Assembly: GCA_025450195.1 (NCBI GenBank)
Contig: JANWHW010000018.1
Coordinates: 3,174 to 67,173, forward strand
From: Solirubrobacterales bacterium
GTDB taxonomy: Bacteria; Actinomycetota; Thermoleophilia; Solirubrobacterales; 70-9
DNA: 64,000 nt
Direction of reading: 5' to 3'
Shown one piece after another: positions 34,834 through 44,073 of the stretch. The number at the start of each line of letters is the position of its first letter. Position 1 is the first letter of the stretch. The translations under genes and the position numbers were made by a program. The notes under the pieces were generated by a model. The model was not told the DNA's origin. It searched no databases and saw only the letters and a list, made by a program, of their open reading frames with translations.

Positions 34834-36105
34834 ATGTCGAGATTCTCCAAGGCAAGCGTCCGCGATGCCGATGTGGCGGGCAAGCGGGTGCTGGTTCGCG
34901 TTGACTTCAATGTGCCTCTTACAAAACCCACCGCCTCCTCTGCTCCCGGGAGCCCGGAGGAATCAGACATGGATCCGGGCTCCCTCCCGCGTCCGGGGGC
35001 GGCGGGGCTTCAGGTTGCCGATGACACCCGCATCCGGGCTGCGCTGCCGACAATCGAACTGCTGCGAGATCGAGGTGCGTCCGTGGTGCTCGTCTCCCAC
35101 CTGGGGCGGCCGAAGGGGAAGGTCGACCCGGAGCTCTCTATGCGACCGGTGGGAGAGCGCCTGGCGGAGCTGCTGGGCGCCCCGGTCAGCCAGGCGCCGG
35201 CCGTGATCGGCGAGGACATCGAGACGATGGCCAGGGGTCTCGGTCCAGGGGGCGTGCTGCTGCTGGAGAACGTTCGCTTCGAGCAGGGCGAGACGGAGAA
35301 CGACCCAGAGTTGGCCACAGCTCTGGCCGGGCTGGGGGACATCTACGTGAACGACGCCTTTGGGGCCGCCCATCGCGCCCACGCCAGCACCGAGGGCGTG
35401 GCGCACCATCTGCCCGCCTACGCCGGCCTCTTGCTCGAGCGGGAGGTAACCGAGCTGACCGCGGTGGTCGAGTCTCCATCCCGTTCTCTGGTCGTCGTCC
35501 TCGGTGGCGCCAAGGTCTCCGACAAGGTTGGGGTGATCGAGCGCTTCCTGGAGATCGCCGACCGAATCCTGATCGGCGGCGCGATGTGTTTCAGTTTCTT
35601 CCGGTCGCAGGGGATTGAGACCGGGGACTCGCTGGTGGAGGAGGAGGGCGTGAAGCTGGCCGCCGAGGCGCTGGAGCGGGCTCAGTCCTCCGATTGCGAG
35701 CTGATGCTGCCGGTCGATCTAGTGCTTGGGAGGAGCTTCGATGCCGGTACGGAGACCAGCGAGGGCGACGGCGTCGAGGTGCCGGAGGGCTGGATGGGTC
35801 TCGATATCGGCCCGAAGACGGCCGCCGCATACGCCGAAGCGATTGCCTCGGCGGGAACCGTGCTCTGGAACGGGCCGATGGGCGCCTTCGAGCTGGAGCC
35901 CTTCGCGGCGGGGACTCGGACTATCGCCGAGGCGATCGCCTCAGCACCCGGGACGACGGTGCTGGGCGGTGGCGACTCGGTTGCCGCCATGCAGCAGTTC
36001 GGGCTTGCTGACAAGGTGGACTGGCTATCGACCGGAGGAGGAGCCTCGTTGGAGCTGTTGGAGGGAAAGAAGCTGCCGGGAGTGGAGGCCTTGATCGATG
36101 CCTAG
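34834..36105 (+). CDS. pgk: phosphoglycerate kinase (carries an in-frame insertion of about 25 aa)
   Basis: RVDFNVPL...DDTRIRAALPTI...SHLGRPKG...GGGDS motifs. Confidence 0.95.
   Translation: MSRFSKASVRDADVAGKRVLVRVDFNVPLTKPTASSAPGSPEESDMDPGSLPRPGAAGLQVADDTRIRAALPTIELLRDRGASVVLVSHLGRPKGKVDPELSMRPVGERLAELLGAPVSQAPAVIGEDIETMARGLGPGGVLLLENVRFEQGETENDPELATALAGLGDIYVNDAFGAAHRAHASTEGVAHHLPAYAGLLLEREVTELTAVVESPSRSLVVVLGGAKVSDKVGVIERFLEIADRILIGGAMCFSFFRSQGIETGDSLVEEEGVKLAAEALERAQSSDCELMLPVDLVLGRSFDAGTETSEGDGVEVPEGWMGLDIGPKTAAAYAEAIASAGTVLWNGPMGAFELEPFAAGTRTIAEAIASAPGTTVLGGGDSVAAMQQFGLADKVDWLSTGGGASLELLEGKKLPGVEALIDA
34921..35008 (+). repeat. in-frame inserted element inside pgk (boundaries approximate)
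   Basis: GAATCAGACATGGAT (34960-34974) lies in the loop of the 10-bp hairpin GGGAGCCCGG (34948-34957) / CCGGGCTCCC (34975-34984), followed by CTCCCGCGTCCG (34984-34995). It matches the uvrC insert. Confidence 0.6.
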
Positions 36106-36844
36106 GAGGCCATACATCGCCGCCAACTGGAAGATGCACAAGACGGTTTCAGAGGCGGCCGAGTTCGTCGATGCGTTGCTCCCGAAGATTGCCGCGACAC
36201 AACACGACGTGGTCATCTGCCCCTCCTTCCTCGCCCTCTCCGAGGTGATCGAGCGCTCGCGGGGCAGCGCCGTCCGGGTCGCCGCCCAGAACATGCACGA
36301 GGAGGAGTCTGGGGCCTTCACCGGCGAGGTCTCGGCGCCGATGCTGGTTGAGCTCGATGTCGATGCCGTGGTCCTCGGTCACTCCGAGCGCCGCCAGTAT
36401 TTCGGCGAGACCGACGATTCCTTGGCCCGCAAGGTCCCGGCCGCACTGGCAGCAGGATTGGAGCCGATTCTCTGCATAGGGGAGAGCGAGGAGGCTCGTG
36501 ACGCCGGGCAGACCGAGGGTGTGCTGGAGCGCCAACTGCAGGCCGACCTGGCCAAGGTGGAGCCGGGGCGAGTGCCGGAGATAGTGATCGCCTACGAGCC
36601 GATCTGGGCGATCGGCACCGGTCGCACTGCCACGCCCGAGCAGGCCCAGGAGACGATCGCCTTCATCCGCGATGCGCTGCGCGAGCGTGGTGCCGCCGGG
36701 GACAGCGTGCGGATCCTCTACGGCGGCTCGGTCAAGCCATCGAACGCAGCAGAGCTGATGGCGCAGCCCGACATCGATGGGGCTTTGGTTGGCGGTGCGA
36801 GCCTCGACCCCGACGATTTCGCCGCGATCGTAGAGGCAGCGTGA
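36098..36844 (+). CDS. tpiA: triose-phosphate isomerase
   Basis: Carries IAANWKMH, GHSERR, AYEPIWAIGTG and YGGSV. Confidence 0.95.
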   Translation: MPRRPYIAANWKMHKTVSEAAEFVDALLPKIAATQHDVVICPSFLALSEVIERSRGSAVRVAAQNMHEEESGAFTGEVSAPMLVELDVDAVVLGHSERRQYFGETDDSLARKVPAALAAGLEPILCIGESEEARDAGQTEGVLERQLQADLAKVEPGRVPEIVIAYEPIWAIGTGRTATPEQAQETIAFIRDALRERGAAGDSVRILYGGSVKPSNAAELMAQPDIDGALVGGASLDPDDFAAIVEAA

Positions 36845-38382
36845 CCAAGCCGGTCCCGTCGCTGGCGCTGGTCATTCTCGATGGCTGGGGCCTCGCGCCT
36901 CCTGGCCCCGGCAACGCGATCTCACTGGCGAAAACGCCCGTCTTCGACCGCCTCTGGGACAGCTTTCCTCACACGCAGCTCTCCGCGCAGGGCCGCGACG
37001 TCGGTCTACCCGACGGGCAGATGGGCAACTCCGAGGTTGGGCATCTCAACCTCGGAGCGGGGGCGATTGTCAAGCAGGACCTCGCCCGGATCGATGACGC
37101 GATCGCCGACGGCAGCTTCTTCGAAAACGAGGCGCTGCTCGCCGCCTGCGCGCACGCGCGCCAGAGCCCGCGCGGTCGCCTGCACCTGCTCGGCTTGGTT
37201 TCCGATGGCGGTGTGCACTCCGGCTGGGAGCACCTCGAGGCGATGATTGAGCTCGCCTCTCAGGAGGGCGTGCCCGACATCGTCTTCCACGTCTTCACCG
37301 ATGGCCGAGACACCCTGCCTCACGGCGGTCGCGCCTACCTCGGCGAGCTAGAGCGCTGGTTGCGTCACGCCGGCCGAGTCGCAACGGTGGGTGGCCGCTA
37401 CTACGCGATGGATCGCGACACCAGGTGGGAGCGGACCAAGCTCGCCTACGACGCGATCGTCCACGCACGCGGGTTGCATGCGGCAAGCGCAATCGAGGCG
37501 ATCGATGCCTCCTACGAGCACGGCGAGACCGATGAGTTCGTCAAACCGACCGTGATTGGCAACTACGACGGTGTCGCCCTGGGCGACGTCGCGATCTTCA
37601 TCAACTTCCGCCCGGACCGGGCGCGACAGATGACCCGGGCCCTCGGCGAGCCGGATTTCGATGAGTTCTCTCGCGCAAGTGGCCCCACCATCGACCTCAC
37701 CACGATGACCGAGTACCGCAAGGGCTGGCCCTACCCCGTCGCGTTTCCGGAGGCGCGCCCGAGGATCACCCTGGCAGAGGTGATCTCCGAGGGTGGGGGT
37801 CGCCAGCTCCACGTCGCCGAGACCGAGAAGTACGCCCACGTCACCTATTTCTTCAATGGGGGGCGCGAGCAGGAGTGGGAGGGAGAGGAGCGTTGCCTGG
37901 TCGAGTCGCCCCGCGACGTTCCCACCTACGACTACAAGCCCGAGATGAGCGCTCGCGCTGCTGCCGATGCGTTCGTCGACAGCTGGCAGGGTGGCGACTA
38001 CCGCTTCGGCATCATCAACTTCGCCAACCCCGACATGGTCGGCCACACAGGGGTGATTCCCGCCGCGGTGAGCGCGGTCGAGGCGGTCGACGGTTGCCTC
38101 GGCGACGTGGTCGCCGCGGTCGAGCGCTCCGGCGGCGCTTGCATCGTCACTGCCGACCACGGCAACTGCGACCACATGCTCGAGCCCGACGGCTCGCCGA
38201 ACACCGCTCACTCCCTGAACCCGGTGCCGCTGGTCGTCACCGCCGAGGGGTTGCAGCTGCGTGACCACGGGATCCTCGCCGACGTCGCCCCGACCACCCT
38301 GGAGCTCCTCGGCATCCCCCAGCCCGAGGCGATGACCGGCCGCTCGCTGATCGAATCTGTTGACGAGTTAGTGAGCCCATAG
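36841..38382 (+). CDS. gpmI: 2,3-bisphosphoglycerate-independent phosphoglycerate mutase
   Basis: Carries LVILDGWG, MGNSEVGHLNLGAG and TADHGN. Confidence 0.95.
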   Translation: MTKPVPSLALVILDGWGLAPPGPGNAISLAKTPVFDRLWDSFPHTQLSAQGRDVGLPDGQMGNSEVGHLNLGAGAIVKQDLARIDDAIADGSFFENEALLAACAHARQSPRGRLHLLGLVSDGGVHSGWEHLEAMIELASQEGVPDIVFHVFTDGRDTLPHGGRAYLGELERWLRHAGRVATVGGRYYAMDRDTRWERTKLAYDAIVHARGLHAASAIEAIDASYEHGETDEFVKPTVIGNYDGVALGDVAIFINFRPDRARQMTRALGEPDFDEFSRASGPTIDLTTMTEYRKGWPYPVAFPEARPRITLAEVISEGGGRQLHVAETEKYAHVTYFFNGGREQEWEGEERCLVESPRDVPTYDYKPEMSARAAADAFVDSWQGGDYRFGIINFANPDMVGHTGVIPAAVSAVEAVDGCLGDVVAAVERSGGACIVTADHGNCDHMLEPDGSPNTAHSLNPVPLVVTAEGLQLRDHGILADVAPTTLELLGIPQPEAMTGRSLIESVDELVSP

Positions 38383-38409
38383 GCTCAGTAAAACGTCAGC
38401 AGATCTGAA

Positions 38410-39639
38410 ATGAGGATCGATCCGGAGAGATTGAGGTTTGAAGTCGAGGCGCGGGATGGCGATGCTCGTGCTGGGGTGCTCCATACAGCGCACGGGCCGG
38501 TGCGGACGCCAGCGTTCATCCCGCTCGCCACAAAGGGAACGGTGCGGGGCCTGGAGTCAGAGGAGGTGGCGGGGCTTGGGTACGAGCTGGTGCTCGGCAA
38601 CACCTACCACCTGTTCGTCTCGCCCGGTCCGGATCGGATAGCCGCCGCGGATGGGTTGCACGGCTTCATGAGCTGGGACCGGGCGCTGATCACCGACTCC
38701 GGCGGCTTCCAGGTCTTCTCGCTGGCGCACGGGGGCGTCGCCGACGAGGTGAAGGGCAGTGGCCGGCCGGGCGGCGACCACGGCTCGGTGCTCTCGATCG
38801 GCGAGGAGGGGGTGCGCTTTCGCTCCTACAAGGATGGGACGCCGCTGTTCGTCTCGCCTGAGGTCTCGATGGAAATCCAGGCGAAGCTGGGCTCGGACAT
38901 CGCCCTGGTCTTCGATGAGTGCACGCCCTACCACGCAGACCGCGAGTACACGGCGCGTTCTATGGAGCGCACCCACCGTTGGCTGGGTCGATGCCTTGAC
39001 TGGCACCGCCTCGAGGGCCCGGCTCGCCAAGCGGTTTTCGGGATCGTCCAGGGTGGCGTCTACGAGGACCTGCGCCGCGAGTCGGCACAGGCAGTCTCAG
39101 AAGCCGAAGTGGATGGCCTGGCGATCGGCGGCACCCTCGGCCGCGACAAGGCGGAGATGCGCGAGGTGTTGGAGATGACGGCCCCGTTGCTGCCGTCCGA
39201 GGCGCCGAAGCACCTGCTTGGGATCGGCGAGATCGACGATCTGCTCGGCGGCATCGCCCTTGGCCTAGACGTCTTCGACTGCGCGGTCCCGACGCGGCTG
39301 GCCCGCCACGGCACGGCGTTGACGCCAGACCCCGACAATCGGTTTCGCTTAGACCTGCGCAAGCCGGGACGGGAGGGAGATCGAAATCCAATAGTCGATG
39401 GCTGCCCCTGCCCGGCCTGCCGGAATCACGATCGCGACTACATCAGCTACCTCTCGCGAGCCGAGGAGCTGACCGCGGTTCGCCTTCTCTGCCTCCACCA
39501 CCTCACTTACATGCACCAGTTCATGACCCACGCCCGCACCGCCATCACCACCGGCACCTTCAGCACCTACTCCGCTTCCATTCTGGCGGGCGTGCCCCCG
39601 TGGGCGGCTGGGGGAGGGGCTGGACAGTCTCCAGCTTAG
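38410..39639 (+). CDS. tgt: tRNA-guanine transglycosylase (queuine tRNA-ribosyltransferase)
   Basis: Carries TPAFIPLATKGTV, LITDSGGFQV, and the zinc motif CPCPACRNH. Confidence 0.93.
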   Translation: MRIDPERLRFEVEARDGDARAGVLHTAHGPVRTPAFIPLATKGTVRGLESEEVAGLGYELVLGNTYHLFVSPGPDRIAAADGLHGFMSWDRALITDSGGFQVFSLAHGGVADEVKGSGRPGGDHGSVLSIGEEGVRFRSYKDGTPLFVSPEVSMEIQAKLGSDIALVFDECTPYHADREYTARSMERTHRWLGRCLDWHRLEGPARQAVFGIVQGGVYEDLRRESAQAVSEAEVDGLAIGGTLGRDKAEMREVLEMTAPLLPSEAPKHLLGIGEIDDLLGGIALGLDVFDCAVPTRLARHGTALTPDPDNRFRLDLRKPGREGDRNPIVDGCPCPACRNHDRDYISYLSRAEELTAVRLLCLHHLTYMHQFMTHARTAITTGTFSTYSASILAGVPPWAAGGGAGQSPA

Positions 39640-39765
39640 GAGGAGCGGAGGGTCGGGTGCGTCCCGGGGAAACTCTGGGAGCGGCCCGCTTTGGGCTAGG
39701 AGCGGCGGAAGGTAGAGGGTCCAGGTGCCCCTCACGGGGAGACTTTGGGAGCGGCGCGCTTCCGG
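39637..39765 (+). repeat. imperfect tandem repeat (about 60 + 69 nt) between convergent tgt and the kinase gene
   Basis: Both units start with TAGGAG. The cores CGGGGAAACTCTGGGAGCGGCCCGCTT (39665-39691) and CGGGGAGACTTTGGGAGCGGCGCGCTT (39735-39761) are 24/27 identical. Confidence 0.6.
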
Positions 39766-39824
39766 AGCTCCAGGGGCATGACAGACGGACGGTCTCCACG
39801 GGAGGGGTACCTGGACTCTCGCCT

Positions 39825-41042
39825 CTATTCGGTGTTCCGCTCGACCAGTTCCTTCAACTCTTCAACCACCCTGTCAATGGATTCCCCCGCGACGTCCGTG
39901 ACCCTCACGCTGGTAGCCGTGTCGGTGGCGTAGATCACTGCGGCGGCAACTGCCGCCGCGATCAGCACGAGCGCGATCGTGGCCATTGAGAACCTGGCAA
40001 ATCGCGAAAAGGCCCCTCGCTTCTTAGGCCCGGGCGGCTGGGGCTGGGGTGGAGGCGGCGGCGCGTGCCGGGCGGCCGGTCGCCTGCTTGGTGAAGGTGC
40101 TGGCCGGTACTCGGTCGGTTCGGTTTGGTCGAGGCGCCTCGTCGTTGCCTCGCCGCCCAGCACGCGGGTGGGGGTCGATTCCTCGCCCGCGGGTAGGGTC
40201 ACGTCCTCTCCCTGCAGGCCCAGGCGCAAGCCCCCTGCCAGCTCACCGGCGCTCCCGTAGCGGCGCATCGAGTCGCCCTCCAATGCCCGCAACACCGCAC
40301 CGCCGAGCGTCTCCGGCACGTTGTCGTTGTAGGTGCTGGGGGGCAACGGCGTCTCGTTCTGCTGGCGCACCGCCAGCTCAGCCAGGCTCGAGCCCTCGTA
40401 GGGCAGTCTGCCGGTCAGGAACTGGTAGGTGACCACCCCGAGCGCGTAGACGTCGGTTGCCGGCGTCGCCTCCTCGCCACGCACCTGCTCGGGGGCTAGA
40501 TATGCAGCGGTGCCGACCACTGAGCCCACCTGCGTAATGCGGGTCTGTTCGATCGCCCGTGCGATGCCGAAGTCGGTCAGCTTGACGGTCATCTCTCCGC
40601 CCCCGACCGGCCCGCCGACGATCATCAGGTTCCCCGGCTTGACGTCGCGGTGGATGATCCCCCGCCGGTGCGCGTAGTCCAACCCTGTGCACGCCTGGAT
40701 CCCGATCTCGGCGGCAGTCTCGAAATCGAGCGGGCCCTGGCCCTGCAGGATCTGCGCTCCGGAGCGGCCCTCGACGTACTCCATCACGATGTAATGACGA
40801 TCGGCGTCGACCCCGGTGTCGTAGACCTGAACGATGTTCGGGTGGATCAGCTTGGCAACGGCGAGGGCCTCGCGGCGGAAGCGCGCGACGAAACGCTCGT
40901 CGTCTGACAGGTGCTCGGCGAGGATCTTGACGGCGACCGTACGCTCGAGGATGCGATCGGTGGCGCGATAGACGTTTGACATCCCCCCCGATCCGAGGCG
41001 GTCACCGATCTCATATCGGCCTGAGAGGCTTCCGCCCTCCAT
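39825..41042 (-). CDS. Ser/Thr protein kinase with C-terminal TM anchor
   Basis: Hanks motifs are present: GSGGMSNVY, VAVK, HRDVKPGN, DFG and APE. A Pro-rich linker leads to a TM segment. Confidence 0.93.
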   Translation of the reverse strand: MEGGSLSGRYEIGDRLGSGGMSNVYRATDRILERTVAVKILAEHLSDDERFVARFRREALAVAKLIHPNIVQVYDTGVDADRHYIVMEYVEGRSGAQILQGQGPLDFETAAEIGIQACTGLDYAHRRGIIHRDVKPGNLMIVGGPVGGGEMTVKLTDFGIARAIEQTRITQVGSVVGTAAYLAPEQVRGEEATPATDVYALGVVTYQFLTGRLPYEGSSLAELAVRQQNETPLPPSTYNDNVPETLGGAVLRALEGDSMRRYGSAGELAGGLRLGLQGEDVTLPAGEESTPTRVLGGEATTRRLDQTEPTEYRPAPSPSRRPAARHAPPPPPQPQPPGPKKRGAFSRFARFSMATIALVLIAAAVAAAVIYATDTATSVRVTDVAGESIDRVVEELKELVERNTE

Positions 41043-41584
41043 CAGCCTTCCTCTTCTACAGGGCTGCCTGGACCTACCCCGCCAGAAGGAGAGTCTTCGC
41101 CTTCTCCTTCTTCGCTGCCTTCTTCTTCCTCAGTGGGTTCCGTTGGTTCTGTCGGTTCGGTCGGAGGGGTCGGCTTTTCCTTGGTCTTTTCGGGCTTTTC
41201 CTTCTTCGGAGCCTTGGGAGGCTTCTCGGTCTTCTCTTCTGTCTCGGCCGGAATGCTTGCGGGCCCCACTGCTTCGGTGGTGGTTTCGTCGCATTCGTCG
41301 ACGACTTCGTTTAGCCGCTCTGCCCCGTCCTGGAGTGCCTGCTTCAGCTTTGCGTCTACGCCCGTGAGCGCTTCGATCTGTTCGCCCACCTGCTCCGCGG
41401 CGCTCTCAGCGCCGATGCAGTCCCCTTCGTCTGCCAGCTGGCTGACCGTATCCAGGTTGGCGACGATCTCTCGCGCGGTTTCGCCCGGCAGCAATTGCGC
41501 GTCTTCCTCGCCGCACGCGACGAGGGTGAGCGCAGCGGCGACGCCCAGTGCGCCGGCGAGCAGATATGCGGCTGTACGACCCAT
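41042..41584 (-). CDS. lipoprotein with C-terminal PTEPTEPTEPTEEEE repeat (hypothetical)
   Basis: The ATG at 41584 gives the MGRTAAYLLAGALGVAAALTLVACG lipobox. ATGA overlap with the kinase start. Confidence 0.6.
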   Translation of the reverse strand: MGRTAAYLLAGALGVAAALTLVACGEEDAQLLPGETAREIVANLDTVSQLADEGDCIGAESAAEQVGEQIEALTGVDAKLKQALQDGAERLNEVVDECDETTTEAVGPASIPAETEEKTEKPPKAPKKEKPEKTKEKPTPPTEPTEPTEPTEEEEGSEEGEGEDSPSGGVGPGSPVEEEG

Positions 41585-41639
41585 GCGTGGCGAGTCTAGA
41601 GAACCATCATTGGGGCGAATTTTGCCTGCATATGGCGGG

Positions 41640-42380
41640 TCACTGCCCTGCATACAGCCGATCCGCCAGGCGCTGTGGCAGGCCGGCGGTGGCAATCGAC
41701 TGAGCTGCACGTTCGACGTCGTAGGGAACGCGGTGGAAGTGGGCCATCTGCTCCTCGGTGTCGAGCATCAGCCATGCCGCTCTGGGGTCGCCGTCGCGCG
41801 GCTGTCCGACGCTGCCTGGGTTGACGAGCCAGCTGCCGCTGCCGAGGTCGAGTTTGGCGCCGTCGCTTGCCTGAGCGCCATGCAGGTGCTCTTTCGAGCC
41901 GTTCGTAAGGCGAGAGAAGAACAGGGCCACATGCGAGTGGCCGATCAGTCCAATCCTCTCCGCCTGAACGTTGAGGCACGCATCTGCTTGCTCGCCGGAA
42001 AGCACGTACTCCCAGACAGGGTCCCGCGGCGAAGCATGGAAAAGCCCGATGCCGTCGCGCTGCGCGGCGGGATCCAGATCCCTCAGGAAATCGAGCGTCC
42101 GCTCTGCGACGTTCTCGCGAGTCCAGGCCACCGCCTCGGCGGCGGCCTCCGAGAAGGCGGAGATCTCTAGTGCGCCGAGCACCGCGAGGTCGTGGTTTCC
42201 GACCAGGCAGGTATTGCAACGCTCCCGCACCAAATCGGCGCAGGCGTCGGGCTCGGCCCCGTAGCCGATCACGTCGCCCAGGCACCAGAGCTCATCGGTC
42301 TCGCCTGCGTCGATCGCCTCGAGCACCGCCTCGAGGGCAGCCAGGTTGGCGTGGATGTCTGTGATCACAGCGACTCGCAC
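41640..42380 (-). CDS. metallophosphoesterase (calcineurin-like / YfcE-type)
   Basis: VAVITDIHAN, LGDVIGYG, GNHD and GHSH motifs. The start is tentatively the GTG at 42380. Confidence 0.85.
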   Translation of the reverse strand: MRVAVITDIHANLAALEAVLEAIDAGETDELWCLGDVIGYGAEPDACADLVRERCNTCLVGNHDLAVLGALEISAFSEAAAEAVAWTRENVAERTLDFLRDLDPAAQRDGIGLFHASPRDPVWEYVLSGEQADACLNVQAERIGLIGHSHVALFFSRLTNGSKEHLHGAQASDGAKLDLGSGSWLVNPGSVGQPRDGDPRAAWLMLDTEEQMAHFHRVPYDVERAAQSIATAGLPQRLADRLYAGQ

Positions 42381-42426
42381 GGTGGCCAGCGTACCCTGGC
42401 CCGGCCCGGGTCCATACGATGAGTGC

Positions 42427-44073
42427 GTGACTGCGACCGACTCGATTGCCGAGCTCCGTACGGCTGTTGACCAGGCCGCTCGCACCCTGCGGGGCGGTGA
42501 GCCGACCAGTCCTGAGCCCTCCCTCGAGCGCCCACCCAAGCCCGAGCTCGGCGACTACAGCTCCAATGCCGCCATGCTTTTGGCGGCGCCTCTCGGTGAG
42601 AGCCCACGCGATGTCGCCGCCCAGCTCTGCGCCGAGCTCGAGCGCGAGTTAGGCCCCAGCGACAGCATCGGCCGGCTCGAGGTGGCCGGCCCTGGGTTCG
42701 TCAATCTCTTCCTCTCGGACGCTTGGTATCGGCGTGCGATGGAGCGCCTGGGAGAGGCGGGAGACGCGCTGGGCCCGGCTCCAATCGATTCGCCCGAGCG
42801 CGTCCTGGTCGAGTTCGTGTCCGCCAATCCCACCGGGCCGTTGCACGTCGGCGGCGGGCGACACGCTGCCTACGGCGACGCAGTCGTACGGCTGCTCGAG
42901 GCGGTTGGGCACGACGTGCAGAGGGAGTTCTACGTGAACGATGCCGGAGGCCAGATCGAGCGCTTCGCATCCTCGATCGCTGCGGCGATGACCGGAAGCG
43001 AGCCTCCAGAGGACGGCTACAGGGGCGATTACGTAACCGAGCTGGCAGAGCGCCTGCGAGTCGAGGGGGTCGACCCCGCGAAGCTGGACGCGGTTGGCGG
43101 TCGGGGGGTCGCGCTGATCCTCGAGGAGGTCCGGGCAACGCTCAGCCGCTTCGGCGTGAAGTTCGACAGCTGGGTCTCCGAGCGCGACCTATACGAGCGC
43201 GGCGCGGTCGACGCCGCGCTTGCGCAGCTCGAGCAGGGGAGCCACACATACAGGAGCGATGGAGCGCTGTGGCTTCGCACGACCGAATTCGGAGACGACA
43301 AGGACCGGGTCTTGGTCCGGGCCGATGGCGAGCCCACCTATCTTGCGGCCGATGTCGCCTACCACTTGGACAAGCTGGAGCGCGGCTTCGGGCGGTTGAT
43401 CGACGTCCTTGGCGCCGATCACCATGGCTACGCTCCCCGTCTCCGGTCCGCCATCGCCGCACTCGACACCGATGCGGATGTGCTCGAGACCTTGATCATG
43501 AGGCTGGTTCACATCGTCGAAGATGGCGAGCGCACTCAGATGGCCAAGCGCAGTGGCGATTTCGTCTCGCTCGACGAGTTGCTCGACGATATCGGCGTGG
43601 ACGCGGCGCGTTGGTTCATGCTCTGGCGGAGCCATGACACGACCGTCGACCTCGACCTCGAGTTGGCGCGACGTGAGTCGAGCGACAACCCGGTCTACTA
43701 CGTGCAATACGCGCATGCACGCATTGCGAGCATCCTCCGCAAAGCGGGGGAGGGGGCGGCCGAGGAAGCGGTGACAGCCGATGCCCCGACGCCGGAGACC
43801 GCCCTGGAGCCGGCCGAGAAGGAGCTTGTGAAGCGCCTGTTGGAGTTCCCCGACGAGGTTCGGGAGGCTGCGGCTCGCCGCGGGCCTCACCGCATCTGCG
43901 CCTACTCGATGGCGGTCGCATCGGACTTTCACGCCTTCTACCGCGACTGTCAGGTGGTCGGAGCGCCCGGCGAGGGCGTCGAGCAGTCGCGAATGGCGCT
44001 CTGCATGCTCGCCAAGCGAACGATTGCCGCGTCGCTGGGGCTGCTCGGCATCTCCGCCCCCGAGCGGATGTGA
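42427..44073 (+). CDS. argS: arginine--tRNA ligase
   Basis: VSANPTGPLHVGGGRHA (HIGH region), a KMSKS-like MAKRSG, and the DALR anticodon-binding C-terminus. The GTG at 42427 is preferred as the start. Confidence 0.93.
   Translation: MTATDSIAELRTAVDQAARTLRGGEPTSPEPSLERPPKPELGDYSSNAAMLLAAPLGESPRDVAAQLCAELERELGPSDSIGRLEVAGPGFVNLFLSDAWYRRAMERLGEAGDALGPAPIDSPERVLVEFVSANPTGPLHVGGGRHAAYGDAVVRLLEAVGHDVQREFYVNDAGGQIERFASSIAAAMTGSEPPEDGYRGDYVTELAERLRVEGVDPAKLDAVGGRGVALILEEVRATLSRFGVKFDSWVSERDLYERGAVDAALAQLEQGSHTYRSDGALWLRTTEFGDDKDRVLVRADGEPTYLAADVAYHLDKLERGFGRLIDVLGADHHGYAPRLRSAIAALDTDADVLETLIMRLVHIVEDGERTQMAKRSGDFVSLDELLDDIGVDAARWFMLWRSHDTTVDLDLELARRESSDNPVYYVQYAHARIASILRKAGEGAAEEAVTADAPTPETALEPAEKELVKRLLEFPDEVREAAARRGPHRICAYSMAVASDFHAFYRDCQVVGAPGEGVEQSRMALCMLAKRTIAASLGLLGISAPERM

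Noticed and set aside
41133-42170. 345-aa plus-strand ORF opposite the lipoprotein and metallophosphoesterase genes
   Set aside because: It is Ser/Ala-rich low-complexity sequence lying antisense to two genes with clear motifs (a lipobox, and GNHD/GHSH metallophosphoesterase signatures).
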